62,152 nt of DNA from Rotaria sordida (taxonomy: Eukaryota): the NCBI GenBank assembly GCA_905250005.1, contig CAJNOH010000088.1, positions 1-62,152 of the forward strand, read 5' to 3'. Under the pieces are notes generated by a model. The model had not been told where the DNA came from. It made no database searches and saw only the letters and a list, made by a program, of their open reading frames with translations. The translations under genes were made by a program, and so were the position numbers. This document shows, in pieces, positions 38,483 through 50,976 of this stretch (position 1 is the first letter of the stretch; every line of letters begins with the position of its first letter).

Positions 38483-41400
38483 TTAAACATGTCGCCATGT
38501 AAGCACTGTAGTATTATCCATATTTGTAATTGCAGTTTTTTTCCCTACATCTCTTCCTTCATTATATATGATAACTCCAAAAATAACAATAAATGTTCCT
38601 GCACCGCTCAAAAATGTCACCGGATTATGAAATATAATAATTGATATCCATATTAACAATGCTCGTTTAATAGTATTTGCAACACTAATTAAAAAAGCAA
38701 ATTAATTATAAGCACAAAAAAAAAAATAAGTAAATTATGTATCTTTTTTTTTCTTACCTATGTGTTATTGGCGATATATAAGCCATAATAGCAAAAGCAG
38801 CTACTGATTGTATATGATAAACAAATCCATTGAAGATATATAAAAAAACTAATGTTTTAGAAGTTAATTTTAATGCTAATGGAATATTAACATAATAAAC
38901 AAGTAAAGGTAATTGAAAAATACATGCTAGAAGACTTGCCCAGAATTGTAATTCAGTAGCTGAATAACGATAATGTTCACCACTAATTAATATTTTTGAA
39001 TAAACGTTTTGTAAACTAAAATAAAAACATTCTATTAACACAATGATTGTGAAATAAAAAATATGAAACATAAATGAATTTCTATCATTAATAAAACGAA
39101 ATATTTAACAAATCGATTAAAGCCAATACTGTATATAGATCAATCGCTTTTAAATTCAGACTCTATGGATAATCTCAGGTCGAAATACTGTCATTCGATT
39201 TATTGGTATATACCATACAAGAGGCTAAAATTCTAGTAAAATGCCTATAACTCTGGACAGATGGCTTAATGAGGGACTTTATCCTTTTGAGATTTTTTAT
39301 ATCTTACTGGAATCTATCTTAGACACCGAGTCCAAGTTCTAAAGCGATTAACTAGTTGAAAATGCTCAATCAATATTATTCGAGAGCTTTTCTTAGTTTA
39401 CCTATAAACTTATGGTTTTCTCTTTTCGTAGTTTAGAAAAATAAACAATTAAACTTCATTCTCAAGACATTGTTTGTTACTATTAGAGATGTATGGGATC
39501 ACGGGAAAGGAAATTTTCCAATATTGAGACTTCGAGAAAAAAGTGGTCTCAATCAGAATTGAAGATTATAGTTAAATATTCTACGATTTTAGAGTATCCG
39601 CTCTTCCTTTTGTGACCCAATATTGTTTTATTGTTTGTTTGTGACCATTGCACTATCTATTGAGTACAGTTTAATATCCAAAAATTATCTCTAAGCGTTA
39701 AAAAAATTCGAGAAATTAGCGAAAATTAAACATTATTACGCATTGTTCTCAAATTGACTTTTTCTTGAAAAGAAAAGTGTATAAACATCTCCATTTCTCC
39801 AGTCTAGTACATCTGATCAAGCTGAAACTTTTGTCATATATACTAGACACTGTTTGGGATGGGTATCTTTTTTTCGTTTAAAAAAAATATTGTTCTGGTG
39901 ATTTTTAATAGTTCTTACAAAAATAAGCTCTATGTAAAGAAACATGCGTTTTTTAGGGTTGGGATTTTTTTATTTGAAAAACAAAAAGGATACATACTCC
40001 AAAGAATGTGTAGTGTCTGGAAAAATATTTTCAGCTTGATCGAACATAGTATATCGGAGAAACGGAAGCGAAAAGTGGAACCATTGCAATTTTAGTATCT
40101 CATAGAAGACAACATCTGGGAATTGTGAGTTTAAGACAACTTTTGCTCTACTCGTCAAGATCTATCTGCTCGAAGAGTTTCAAATTTTTCTGAATATGAT
40201 TGAAGCGAAATGAGCCGAAACAGTACTAGTTATCTACTAACGATTGAATCCGTCTGTCCTATAACCTTCGTTTTGAGCTCATATTTTGCTCAAAGATAGA
40301 ACTCATAGTATAGATAAAAATCTTGAAAGAATTCGTGTCATTAGGCTTTTTTCTCGAATTATGGCCGTTTTACTGAACTTTCAGCCTATTACAAGATATC
40401 ACGAGAAAAATCGTAACAAGGAGTTTCGATCTAAAATTCTCCCCAACAATAGCTCTTATGGTATCCTGAAAGTTTCAGCTCAAAGGAATGATTTTTTCTT
40501 AAGATATCGTATACCTAAAAACTGGACTATTTTTGAAGCTATTTTGTGCAAGTAACGTTTTTTTTTTTTATAAATGTGTTATCTCAGAAGGAAAACATCC
40601 GCTTGAGCTGATACTTTCAGAATATCATAAGAATCATAAGAGCTTTTGCTAAGAAGAATATCCAGTAGAAACTTCTTGTTGTGATTTTTCTCTTGATATC
40701 CTACAATAGACTGAAAGTTCCGTAAAATAGCCATAACTCGAAAAAAAGGGCCTAATAGCACGAATTCTTTAAGAATTTTTATCTGCATTATGAATCCTAC
40801 CTATGGACTCAAGCGGAGATTATCAGTCGGACGGGTTCCCTTATAAATAGAAAAAAAAACGAGTATGGAAAAGTTTTTTCTAGAGCGGGATCCGATTGGA
40901 TTTGCCGAGAACATAACTAGGACCAATAACACTTGATTCCATATATCTCTAGTCTAGACATCGGCGTGACCAATATTTTTTGGTCAAGGTTACGGTCACG
41001 GTAGTCACACCAGTCTCTATCGGAACGGCTATTTTCTATTTCTCAAAATAGCATATCCTTCTGCGCCAATAGAAGATCCCCACTGGAGAAAATATGTGCG
41101 AGATCTAAGGGAACCCCCTCAGAAAATCCAAGTTTTCGCAGACAAATCGAAGTCGAGATCTTATCATAGAAAGATGTACCGAAGTCTCCTCTTTCAGAAT
41201 ATCTATGACTTATCGCAAAATGAATTGATTTAACAGACTTATCGTCTAAAACTTGGCTTCTACTATCATATTTTTCGAGAAATTTTTACGGTTTTTTTAG
41301 ACTGCTTTCTCTTTGAATCAGCATTTCGCAAAGTTCTTTTTTTTATATTAATCACTATGAAACTCTTAACACTTAAGATTAAGATTACATATTTATAGCC

Positions 41401-43745
41401 TGTCCTGAATACTGATATATAATTCATGTGTGTTTCGCAAAAATCGATTTCTAAAACTTATTTAGTCTTTTTCTCAAAATCAGTTTTTTGTCGAGCATAC
41501 CGTTTACGCGGGCATGGGTTTTTTTCATAATGACTCAATAGGGAAGTGATCATTTTTTTATTGCATAGAAGACAGTTAGGGCTAGATCCTCACAGAGCCC
41601 GATTTTTGAATTTCTCTATTGGTAAAATAAAAAACCTACGTATTTCATTTTTATCAGCGAGTTTTTTGACCATGAATTCGAGAATTTTTCAGAAAAGATT
41701 TTTTAAAGAACAAACAAAGGAAATTTCAAAAATTGGGCTCTGTGAGAATCTAACTCCAAGGGTATTCTGCAACTTAAAAGCCGCGCCGACATGTTAACTC
41801 GTATCCTGACTGCGAAAATCTTGCCTGTGTACAGGATATTTTTGTCTAATAAATTGACTATAACTCGTTAGTCTATTGAAGATTTGAGGGGAATATTTCA
41901 TCCATAATCTATCCTAGTCTAGACTAATATGCTTCGAAAATTTGATTGAAATCGGACGAAAAATAACAAAGTTGGTTTCTGAGGGGGCTCCTTAATATAA
42001 GACCTCATTCAATTGATTAATTTTTCGAAAAATGACAACTTCATTTACTGAGTTTACACCGTAATATGCTTAGTTTTCAGAATTTTGAGCTAAAAACCTT
42101 AACTGAGTGTTTTCAACATTTTATTTGGACTTTCAAAATCCTAGAAATTCCTTCTCAAAGCCTCAAAATCGCTTTGCCTTTCTGAAGAACCTTTTTAGTT
42201 AAAAACTGTAAAAACAAAAGAGACACAATAGAAGATCCTCTAAAAAACTTTTGCGGTTGGACACAATAGAAAACATTGGGTCTTCTCGTGTAGAAGAGCG
42301 AGAGGTAATATAACAGATAAACGAGCAAGATTAGGTATGAAAAAAATTGATCGATTTATATTTTTGAGAAAAAGTCTTAAAGTTCTTGAAATTTTATTTG
42401 ACCAAAGTCTGCATAGAAATGAGCGAAATCAGAACAAATAGAAAAATGATCAATCATCAAGTAGGTCATCTGATACAAGTTAAAAGAGTCAACAATATAT
42501 GAAAATGACATTATTTTTGTTCAAGAAGACGATAATATTTTTTAATGGTACATTTTTTTCTAAAGTATTTCTATGCAAATTGTTTAAAGTATATTAATAT
42601 TGGGTATATTTTTTCTGGTATTGTGATTGCATTGATTCTATTTCTTCGTTTTGAGTTATCTCAATTAGAAAAGGATATTGATACATATTAAAAGAATACT
42701 AAATATAATATTTAATTCTCTGACGAAGTTTGAAAATAGTTGTCATAGAGCTATACTGAAAATATATGGTGACTGGCCGTGACCAGGTTTTGATCACGGT
42801 CACGACCTTTTTTCAAAAAAAGGTCACGATCGTGATTCACGGCGATCACGTCGATGTCTACTCCAGTCACAATCTATAATAAATTACGTCTGCAGTGTCT
42901 ATTACAATTTATGAGAGAAAGATCTCATAATCTGGCCTTATATTTCAACATTTCTTGTTTTTAATTTATATTTCATAAAATTCAAAAATAAAATCTTACC
43001 AATCAAATATATTTGTGCCTAATGCACATAAAAATCCAAATAAATTAAAACTTAATTCAAATGAACTACATAAACAAAGACCAAGTGTTATTGGTACCAT
43101 TGAAAATTTTGTCCAATTACCTAAAATAAAAAATATTTTACATTTTATATTTAATAAATATTGAAACAAAAAAAGTATTCTTTACTTGTTTTTTCTCCAA
43201 GTATAATTCGACTTATAATAACAGTAAATAATGGTGAAGATGATTTGATTGTTGCTACAAATGATACAGCTATATATTTCAATGCAACTAAACCTAACAT
43301 AACAGTCACAGAACGAAATGCACCAATAAACATCATATCACGAAATATATTTTTCATAATAATTGGATTTTTATCTAATTGATTATGAAATTTATTTATA
43401 AATTGTATTTGAATATAACCACTTATTACAGATATAACAAGTTGATTTGCACCTTTATTCAAAAATAAACAAATAAACAAATAAAAGAAATTTTAATTAA
43501 AAGAAAAAAAAATAATATTTTTATTTTTCTATTTCAATACCTAATGAAAAAGCATCACCATCTAAATGACTTAATATATATTTATTTGAAAATATTGTTG
43601 CAGCTGATGAAATATACCAAACAATAAGTAATATTATTGCCATTGAATGATATAAACCACGTGGAACTTCAAGTACAAATCGTTCTGGTGAAAGTAAAAC
43701 ATTTGCTCGATTTGGGACAACTTCAGATAAACTTGTTAATGACAT
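38483..43745 (-). CDS. SLC35E-like nucleotide-sugar/triose-phosphate-translocator-family transporter (5 exons). It includes one anomalous 3984-bp intron.
   Basis: Minus-strand exons are 43745..43541, 43452..43186, 43120..43000, 39015..38758 and 38684..38483, and the phases close. The translation is MSL..MAIILLIVWYISSAATIFSNKYILSHLDGDAFSL|GANQLVISVISGYIQ...FRSVTVMLGLVALKYIAVSFVATIKSSSPLFTVIISRIILGEKT|SNWTKFSMVPITLGLCLCSSFELSFNLFGFLCALGTNIFD|CLQNVYSKILISGEHYRYSATELQFW...|SVANTIKRALLIWISIIIFHNPVTFLSGAGTFIVIFGVIIYNE. It aligns with vertebrate SLC35E1 across the whole length (KATMPIWVVLLSRIIMKEKQ, SLQNIFSKKVL and ANATKRIMVI equivalents are present). Introns 1, 2 and 4 are 60-90 bp. Intron 3 (42999..39016) is about 4 kb. 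Confidence 0.8.
40325..40790. mobile_element. foldback element (arms of about 190-210 bp) lying inside the large SLC35E intron
   Basis: The reverse complement of 40578..40790 aligns at about 85% to 40325..40510 (gaattcgtgtcattaggcttttttctcgaattatggccgttttactgaactttcagcctattacaagatatcacgagaaaaatcgtaacaaggagtttcg...). Track ORFs 40286..40555 on the plus strand and 40579..40788 on the minus strand encode near-mirror peptides. That is an artefact of the two arms. Confidence 0.75.
40937..42872. mobile_element. about 1.9-kb candidate non-autonomous DNA transposon with imperfect terminal inverted repeats, inside the SLC35E intron
   Basis: The left end reads ctagtctagacatcggcgtgaccaatattttttggtcaaggttacggtcacgg. 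The right end, 42781..42872, reads gaccaggttttgatcacggtcacgaccttttttcaaaaaaaggtcacgatcgtgattcacggcgatcacgtcgatgtctactccagtcac. Its reverse complement begins gtgactggagtagacatcgacgtgatcgcc.. and so mirrors tagacatcggcgtgacc. Each end also carries small GTGACC...GGTCAC sub-palindromes. There is no internal ORF. Confidence 0.45.
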
Positions 43746-45699
43746 TTCTTAGATTAATTTAATAGGAAAAACTATATTCATATTTCATTAAGTGTTTACA
43801 GGAAAAATTAAAGAATTTTTATCAAAAATTGATACAAAACCGAAGATTATGAATACAAACAGTGTTTATTTAATATTGATTTGTAGTCTATACCAAATGT
43901 AATATGAATATATTGTTTCGCATTCTAAAGACCACCTTTGGTTTGTTGTTTTTTCTATGCTATTACCACGATTATTTATTTGTTAGATAATCACCAATCA
44001 TATTCGTGCCGCTCTTTTCTATGTAGATAGCTATTTTAAATATAATTCATATGAATTTTTCGTGAGTATTGTTAGATTTTATTCAATGACAGTCTTGTAC
44101 AAAAATTACTCATTGCTAACAAAAAAAAACAAGTACATGATTATAGCTTTCAGAATTATCTTATTTTAATGCAGATGTTCACTGTTCTTCTTTGTGAAAT
44201 TCACCTATATTTTCGAATATAAGTTTAAATCGAGCTTTGTAAGACTCTTTCCTTAGGCCTTAGTAGCGCTGAAGGCGAGAGGAGAAAAGTCAGAGATCAT
44301 TGGATATGTTTTCCTAGCAATGAGAAAAGGCGCATGAGTCATAGCAGTGTTAAAGACCATTCTGAAACTTTTTAGAATCCTCTACAGCACTCTGTAAACC
44401 TAAGATTCCTACCATAGATTCTAACTAGTCTAACTATTGTGGATTTTGATATTTAATGCAGCAAAACGATCTTATCGTAGGTATAAATCAATAGGACGGT
44501 GATTTTTATTAGTCTAGCAGAATCAGAATAGAACGGACATAGAAAAGTATGAACTTTGGCGGTTGAACCGACAAAACGAAAAATAAAAATATATTTGCCA
44601 TGTCCTAAGATATTTATCATGTATATTACCATTAGCAGAAAAAAAGTTATGTATTAGAGATGTATCTGGTAATACATATAAGATGTTTTTAACATAACGA
44701 TATTAAATGAATCAAGTAAATTAGAAGAATAGTAATTCTAAATGCAAACATTTTCGAAATGATAAAATTTGAGAGCGCACATATTAAATATAAAAATTCT
44801 TATAATTTTGATTTATTCATTGAATTGAATTTTTTTTTTTAAATTAATTATTTTAACTCATCTGACAATATACCATATATTTATAACAATCAGAGTCACC
44901 TCAGCAAGTTTCGCTTTTAATTTGAATTTATGTAGTTAATCATTTATTAAATGATGAGTTCCTAAAAGATTGACATGGATAGTTTTAGATAGCGTTACCA
45001 AACCATTTAATTTATCCAGAAGAATCCTAATTCTTGATTCTTTTTCCTGATGAAAAAATCTCCTGGTGTCAGGAGTTGTTTCCAAAGATTTTCTCCTTGT
45101 TTCTTCTGTTTTGTTTTCATCTCGACTTTTAGCACTTATCTTCTTAACCGTGAGAGTGTGTCTCATTTACAAAAATTTGTTTAATTTGCTTTTTCTATAC
45201 CTATCTCAAATGCCTTTTGTGAATCTATTTTTAGTCACATAAAATTTTTGTGCTATAATAGTTAAAACAAAATAAAATATGATCTTGTTGACGCTAAATT
45301 TAAAAAAAATAATAAGTACTTACAGAATCATTATTGGATCTATCAAGAATCTAATGTAGAAACATTAAAGATTTTAGCTAGAGTTACAGCAACGTAACGA
45401 GAATGTGAGAGAAAACGTGCAAACATCATAGAAGTGAAGTGAAATGTGACACAGTATATCAAACCATGCTGTAAATAATTAATTTTTTCATTCGTTCGTT
45501 GCCTTGTAAAACTAAAAAAAATCACAAACAGAAGATAGGTATAAAACACTCAAGTGAAACGAAAAGGAAAAAACCAACTTCGATGACAACAACCATCGAA
45601 AACAAATAGAAACATCTAGAAAGAAAAACACGCGACATACTATGTAAATTCAAGTCATTTTATTTTATTTTCTCTCATTGATAAAACAACACGCACACC

Positions 45700-47450
45700 A
45701 TGGATACAAAAAAATATCGACAGCAACAACAGATGCTTCCACTGCTGGCACGAAAACTGAATATACGAGTCTAAAGCCATGATGGCCTCATTGTGCTCGT
45801 ATGTTTCAGAATTTCATACTGATGTAGCTTAATGCCAATATCGATGATATAAACAACGACAATTACATCGATGCCATCAACGTGTTAAAAGAAGTGATGA
45901 ACAGAATATATCTATTCACTAATGTGTACGAATGCATCGATTTGATAACCGATATTCAAGAAAAAAAATAATTTCTAATCGTTTCTGGTGCATTGAAGCA
46001 AACAACTGTTCATATCTCCCATGACATTCCACAAATCAGTACAATTTATATTTGGAGTGAGAACTATGCTCAGCATGACGGTTGGACCAAACAATGGCCA
46101 CAAACAAACGGCATAGTTACAGATATTGCCTCAATCTGTAAAAAAGTTTAATAAGCCGCATATAGATATGATCAAAATTTGGTCGTCATTAGTTTTGTTG
46201 CCACTAATAGTGAAAGTCACAGACAAAATCTACATGAATTAGATCAACAGTTTATGTACACACAAATATTAAAAGAAATTTTTTTAATCATTGAGTTCCA
46301 AAAAAAAAAACGTTTCGATGAATTTATTTCGTATTGTCGTCAACTTTTTGAGGATGGTGCTAACGAACTGAAAACTGTCGACAAGCTCGAACAAGAATAC
46401 CATATGCATCTCCCAATTTGGTGATATATCAATCAATGTTTTTCGTTTTCGATGCTCGATCGATCATTACGAATGATGGAGGTTAATCTCATAATTAGCA
46501 TGAGATTTTTTTGTTCAAGATCTTCACAGCAATATCGCTGAGCTTCATGCTCAATAGTTCTTTGGATGTTCGTCTTGAAACTCACTTACTGTTTATCGCA
46601 GTCAAAGATTATCACAAACGAATTTTGATAAATTAGTCAAGACACCAGCTATCATTTAACAATTCTTTTTGTCGAGAAGTATCTCTTGCTTTTGCTCACG
46701 GTATGATCACAATCTGATAGGTGTTCTCTTTGAAAAACCTACCAATCCATCAATATCGACTACTGCTTTCGTAAACATCGATGACGTCAGTTATTTCAAA
46801 GGAGAAGAGGAAATTCTTTTCTCTATGGATTCTATCGTTTGCATTAGACTAACGAAACCAATCGATGAAGATAATCATCTTTGCCAAGTCGATTTAACGT
46901 TGACCAGTGACAACGATGGAAAACTCTATGCATCTACTGAACAGATGCGCTCGCTAATTAAACTTGCGCAGTTCAACAAACCCAAAGACGTGCATGAAAT
47001 CTTGCTTAATCAAACAATGACTGATCAGGAAAAAGCATCAATCTACCTTTTGCTCGGTGTCGTCAAAGAGAACCAAAGTGACTACTCAAATGCCATTGCC
47101 TGTTATAAACAATCGATTGAAATCAAACAGAAAATTCGCTCACCAGTGAATTCCACTTTGGCTGCTTCTTACAGTGATATTTGTTCTGCCCATGACGAGA
47201 TGGGTCACTATTCGAATGTACAATTCATCACATCAAAAAGCACTGGAAATTCACCAAAAAACTCTTCCTCTAAATCATCCTGATTTGACTACTTGTTACG
47301 GCAACATTGATTCGTTGTATAGCAACATGCGTGACTATTCGAATGCACTTTAACTCTTTGAAGATGCATTGAGTATTTTGCATCGTTCAGTTCCTGAAAA
47401 TCTTCCTCATCTTGTATTACTATGCTTCAAAATCTCGAATATGTGAAAAA
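45700..47450 (+). pseudogene. decayed member of the R-S-E ADP-ribosyltransferase (cholera-toxin-like ART) + TPR-repeat fusion family
   Basis: Reading across the frames in order gives ...HDIPQISTIYIWSENYAQHDGWTKQWPQTNGIVTDIASIC...FMYTQILKEIF...YCRQLFEDGANELKTVDKLEQEYHMHLPIW W*YINQCFSFSMLDRSLRMMEVNLII...LSFNNSFCREVSLAFA...FVNIDDVSYFKGEEEILFSMDSIVCIRL...VDLTLTSDNDGKL. These are the family hallmarks: PIWWYT, the FNN(FLSTS)-type segment, and the catalytic E-x-E in EEEILF. After that come kinesin-light-chain-type TPRs (ASIYLLLGVVKENQSDYSNAIACYKQSIEIKQKI...MGHYSN, then ALEIHQKTLPLNHPDLTTCYGNIDSLYSNMRDYSNAL). The copy is disabled by several in-frame stops and frameshifts. The STS motif is replaced (NNSFCRE). 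A TAA follows ...DYSNAL. At least two frameshifts separate the blocks. Confidence 0.7.
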
Positions 47451-50400
47451 GAGAATATATTACTTCTTTTTGTTTTATTCGAAGGAATAGATGTAATGAA
47501 GAGAAGAGTATTTTCCTTTTGCTCTTATTTGAAGAGATATGCGCAAGCGCAAACAGAGAAACTCTGTCTTATTGAAAATACAATGGGATGATGCCTACTG
47601 ATAAAGTAACCAATACATGTTTAGATGACGAACACCTATTGTCATAAAAAGAGTTTTACGGTATAGTTTGTGTTTTAATAAGGAGAGTTTCTCTGTATTG
47701 AATTCTAGAGTCATTTGATAGGCTAAAAAGAAGGAGGAAAGAAAATTGTCTGATTCATGCAATACATTATTCTTTCTGTATCAAGACAACAATAATTCAA
47801 TGCATGTAGAAAAGAAAAAATGAAGAGAACATAGATCAATAGAATGATTTATTTTTACCTGTAGTTGAAAAACTGTGACATTTTCAACAGAAAGGGTAAT
47901 TTAACTATACCTAGAAATAATTCATGCAATTGACTATAGAGAACAATCATGGTTGGCTACATAGAAAATGATGACTTTATGTACGATTAGAGATGACATT
48001 TTTTGGAAGAGCAATTCATAGTTGACCGATTTATTTATTCAAATATAGACGAATATGCCTATCAGTTAATTAATGTGAGAGAAAAGAAAAAAAAATAATT
48101 AAAGGGTAAAAAAAGATCAAATCTTAATCCGCTGGTGGTGTTGACATGAAATGAGAAATGAACGGACGAAGCATGTCACTATGGTCTTTCTAAAAGGTTT
48201 CTATTTGATTATTGTGTGTCGTTCGTTTGAATAGCATTTGTTTGAGAAATAAAATAAAATAAATTCGAATTCGAAAGTTGATATATAAATCTATTCAACA
48301 ATGATCATTGTTGAGAAAAAGTGTAAAAGATAACCATATTGATTTGTTTTTGTTTTTCATGATCAAAATCTTAAGAGTTCAAAATTGTCTTTCGATTTCT
48401 TCTTTTGTCTTTGAAATTAGTTTTTTAAACGGTAGTGAAATTTCATAGTTTTTCTCCTTATCTTTGCACTACTTTCAGAAAAGTTTAAAAATGACTTTTT
48501 ATTTTCTATTAGAACTTTGATACTCTTTACAAACAATATTTCCAATAGATTATCATTTTGAATCTTTATTTTCTGATTTATCTTTTTCTCATATCAATTC
48601 ATCATCAGTCTTTGATTTATTCCATAAAATAATTGTCTACAAGAAAAATTAACAAGGAACATTAATACAAAAAAGAAGGCAAAACACACTTTTGTACGAG
48701 TACACAACATTACAAAAAATAATCATTTGCCTATGACCAACAAAAAAGCAAGCGAAAATGATTTGTTAATATAATATGTCGATATGACACAAGTATCTAT
48801 TTTCTTTTTAATAAATATTTTAAACATTAATCTAACCATTCATCATTAAATATTATTAAGTCACTGTTTAATTTTCATTTAATACTCGTATAACAATTTT
48901 TACATGTCATTATTCATATGATTAATATTACCAGTTTTTAATCAATTGTCTTCAACTATCAGTTAATGGTTCATTATCAACTAAATCACAAATATCTAAT
49001 TAAGTAATAAAATTAGGAAAGTCAATTAAGAAGCATTTGATCTCTCTACATTCATGACTCAGAATTGGTTCTTCATTAAATTCATTTATTGTAATGAATA
49101 TTATACAAATTCTAGCATGATATAATCTGAATGATGTTTCATTAAGATTTGCTTTTTTGATCTTGAATAGTTTGCTAAATCATATATAATTCTATTCTTA
49201 ATTTCTTTTCACATCAAATATAGATATTTGAATATAAGATCATAAAAGATTGTTGCGTGATCATTTTGCATACGAAGCAGATTTTTATGAGTTTTCATAT
49301 ATTTTAATTGTACAAATAAATCAAGACTATTTTCATGACAGAATAATATTCATCTAATTAAATAGTAAATAAAGTCTTTTTATAGATTTCATTTTATCAT
49401 CAAGAAATAGATCGTCCAGCTATTTAGTTATTGAATTATATTCAACTAAATGAATTCAATACTAGAAAAATAAAAGAATATTCTATAATTAGCTCAACAA
49501 AGACTATAATCTTGTCATCTTTAAAAATATAATTTCATACAACAATTTTTATATTAAAACCGTATTCAATTCTTAAGATCAATAGATTTTAAAAAAAGTC
49601 TGTTACTAATAATTTGACCAATATTAAGAGATTTGTGACGAATGCATTTGTTTTTCAATTAAACTTGATTCATCAGCAGTATCAAATACTGATACAGTGT
49701 TATTCGTCAAGCTAAGTATACAAAAAAAATTGATTAGAACCAGTACAAATTTTATTTGTTGGTTAATCAACAACATGTTTGAATAATTACATCTTCTTTC
49801 AGTATAACGATGATAAACATTTGAGTGACCTTTTGGAATTAATTGAAACCAACATTTATGAGAAAAATCAAGTTCATTAAGAATATACCGGTAAATTGCG
49901 TGACTAGTTTATGCAGACCTTTGTGAGTTTTTTTTTCCTTCTCTTTTTTCTAGGTATAGGCATTAAAAACTGTCATTTTTTGTTACGATGGTCTCAAGAT
50001 GAAATAGTCAGAAACTACTCATTCAAAAGCGACAATAAAATCTGATGATCGAATCGATAACATTCATTTTCTGATCTTTACTATGACATTCATTATCTTA
50101 CAGAAAGTAACGCAAAAAGGCAAGTTTTTGTGGATTTTGTTTTTTTTTTGCAAGCTTCGAAACTTTTCGCTTATAGCTACGACAGATGTGAATATAGCTG
50201 ATGATCGATAGTGAATCAAAGCGAAAATCAAGCAATTTATTGATAGTATTCATTAAAATTATGTTTATATCTGTTAATAGAGTTGACTTAGTGATGAATT
50301 TCGCAATGGCTACTTCGCAGTTTCTTTCTAACTTTTGATCATCTGATTAGTCGAAATGTAACTCTTCCGATTTGCAACGACAGAAAAAGAAGTCGTAATT

Positions 50401-50654
50401 TCAGTATAGCATGAATATCTTCTGTAGAAAATTGTATCATATTCTCAATCGTCCAAACGATTATTCTTTTTTTTTTTAGAAAATATCGATTTATCCGTCA
50501 ATCAACATTGGAAACCGCGCACTGCATTTTGCAGTCGAATGAAACGCGAATGCCATCTAGTTATTTTTATATTACTATATAAAATATGAACTATCGATTC
50601 AGATCTGAGCAAAATATTCGAAGTACTCGTATTCAAGTAGCAAATACTCTAAAA

Positions 50655-50976
50655 GATGCAGGCGGATAAGATCGTTTGTCTGCTTTCAAAATATTTCAGT
50701 TTTTTCCTTGAAATCAATTCAGTGACGACTCCTAATATCATTGTAATGTTTTATTTCATGATGTCTCTCAATCAAGTTTTCAAATCACACTTGTATTCCT
50801 AGAAAGATAGCTAAGTTTTTGTTAACATCGTAGAGAACTACAAGTATGATTCGAAAAAATTGATCGAGAAGCACTGCGTAATAAATCTTTGCAATGTTAT
50901 CGGATGTCGTCACTGGATTGATTTCAACATATAAAACATGAAAGATTTTGAGAGCAGGCAAACGGCTTTTATCCAC
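50655..50976. mobile_element. small foldback element (arms of about 75 bp, loop of about 170 bp)
   Basis: gatgcaggcggataagatcgtttgtctgctttcaaaatatttcagttttttccttgaaatcaattcagtgacgac at 50655.. is the reverse complement of gtcgtcactggattgatttcaacatataaaacatgaaagattttgagagcaggcaaacggcttttatccac, which ends at about 50976. Confidence 0.7.

Noticed and set aside
40286-40788. Mirror-image ORFs 40286..40555 (+) and 40579..40788 (-)
   Set aside because: They encode near-identical peptides only because they lie on the two arms of a foldback element.
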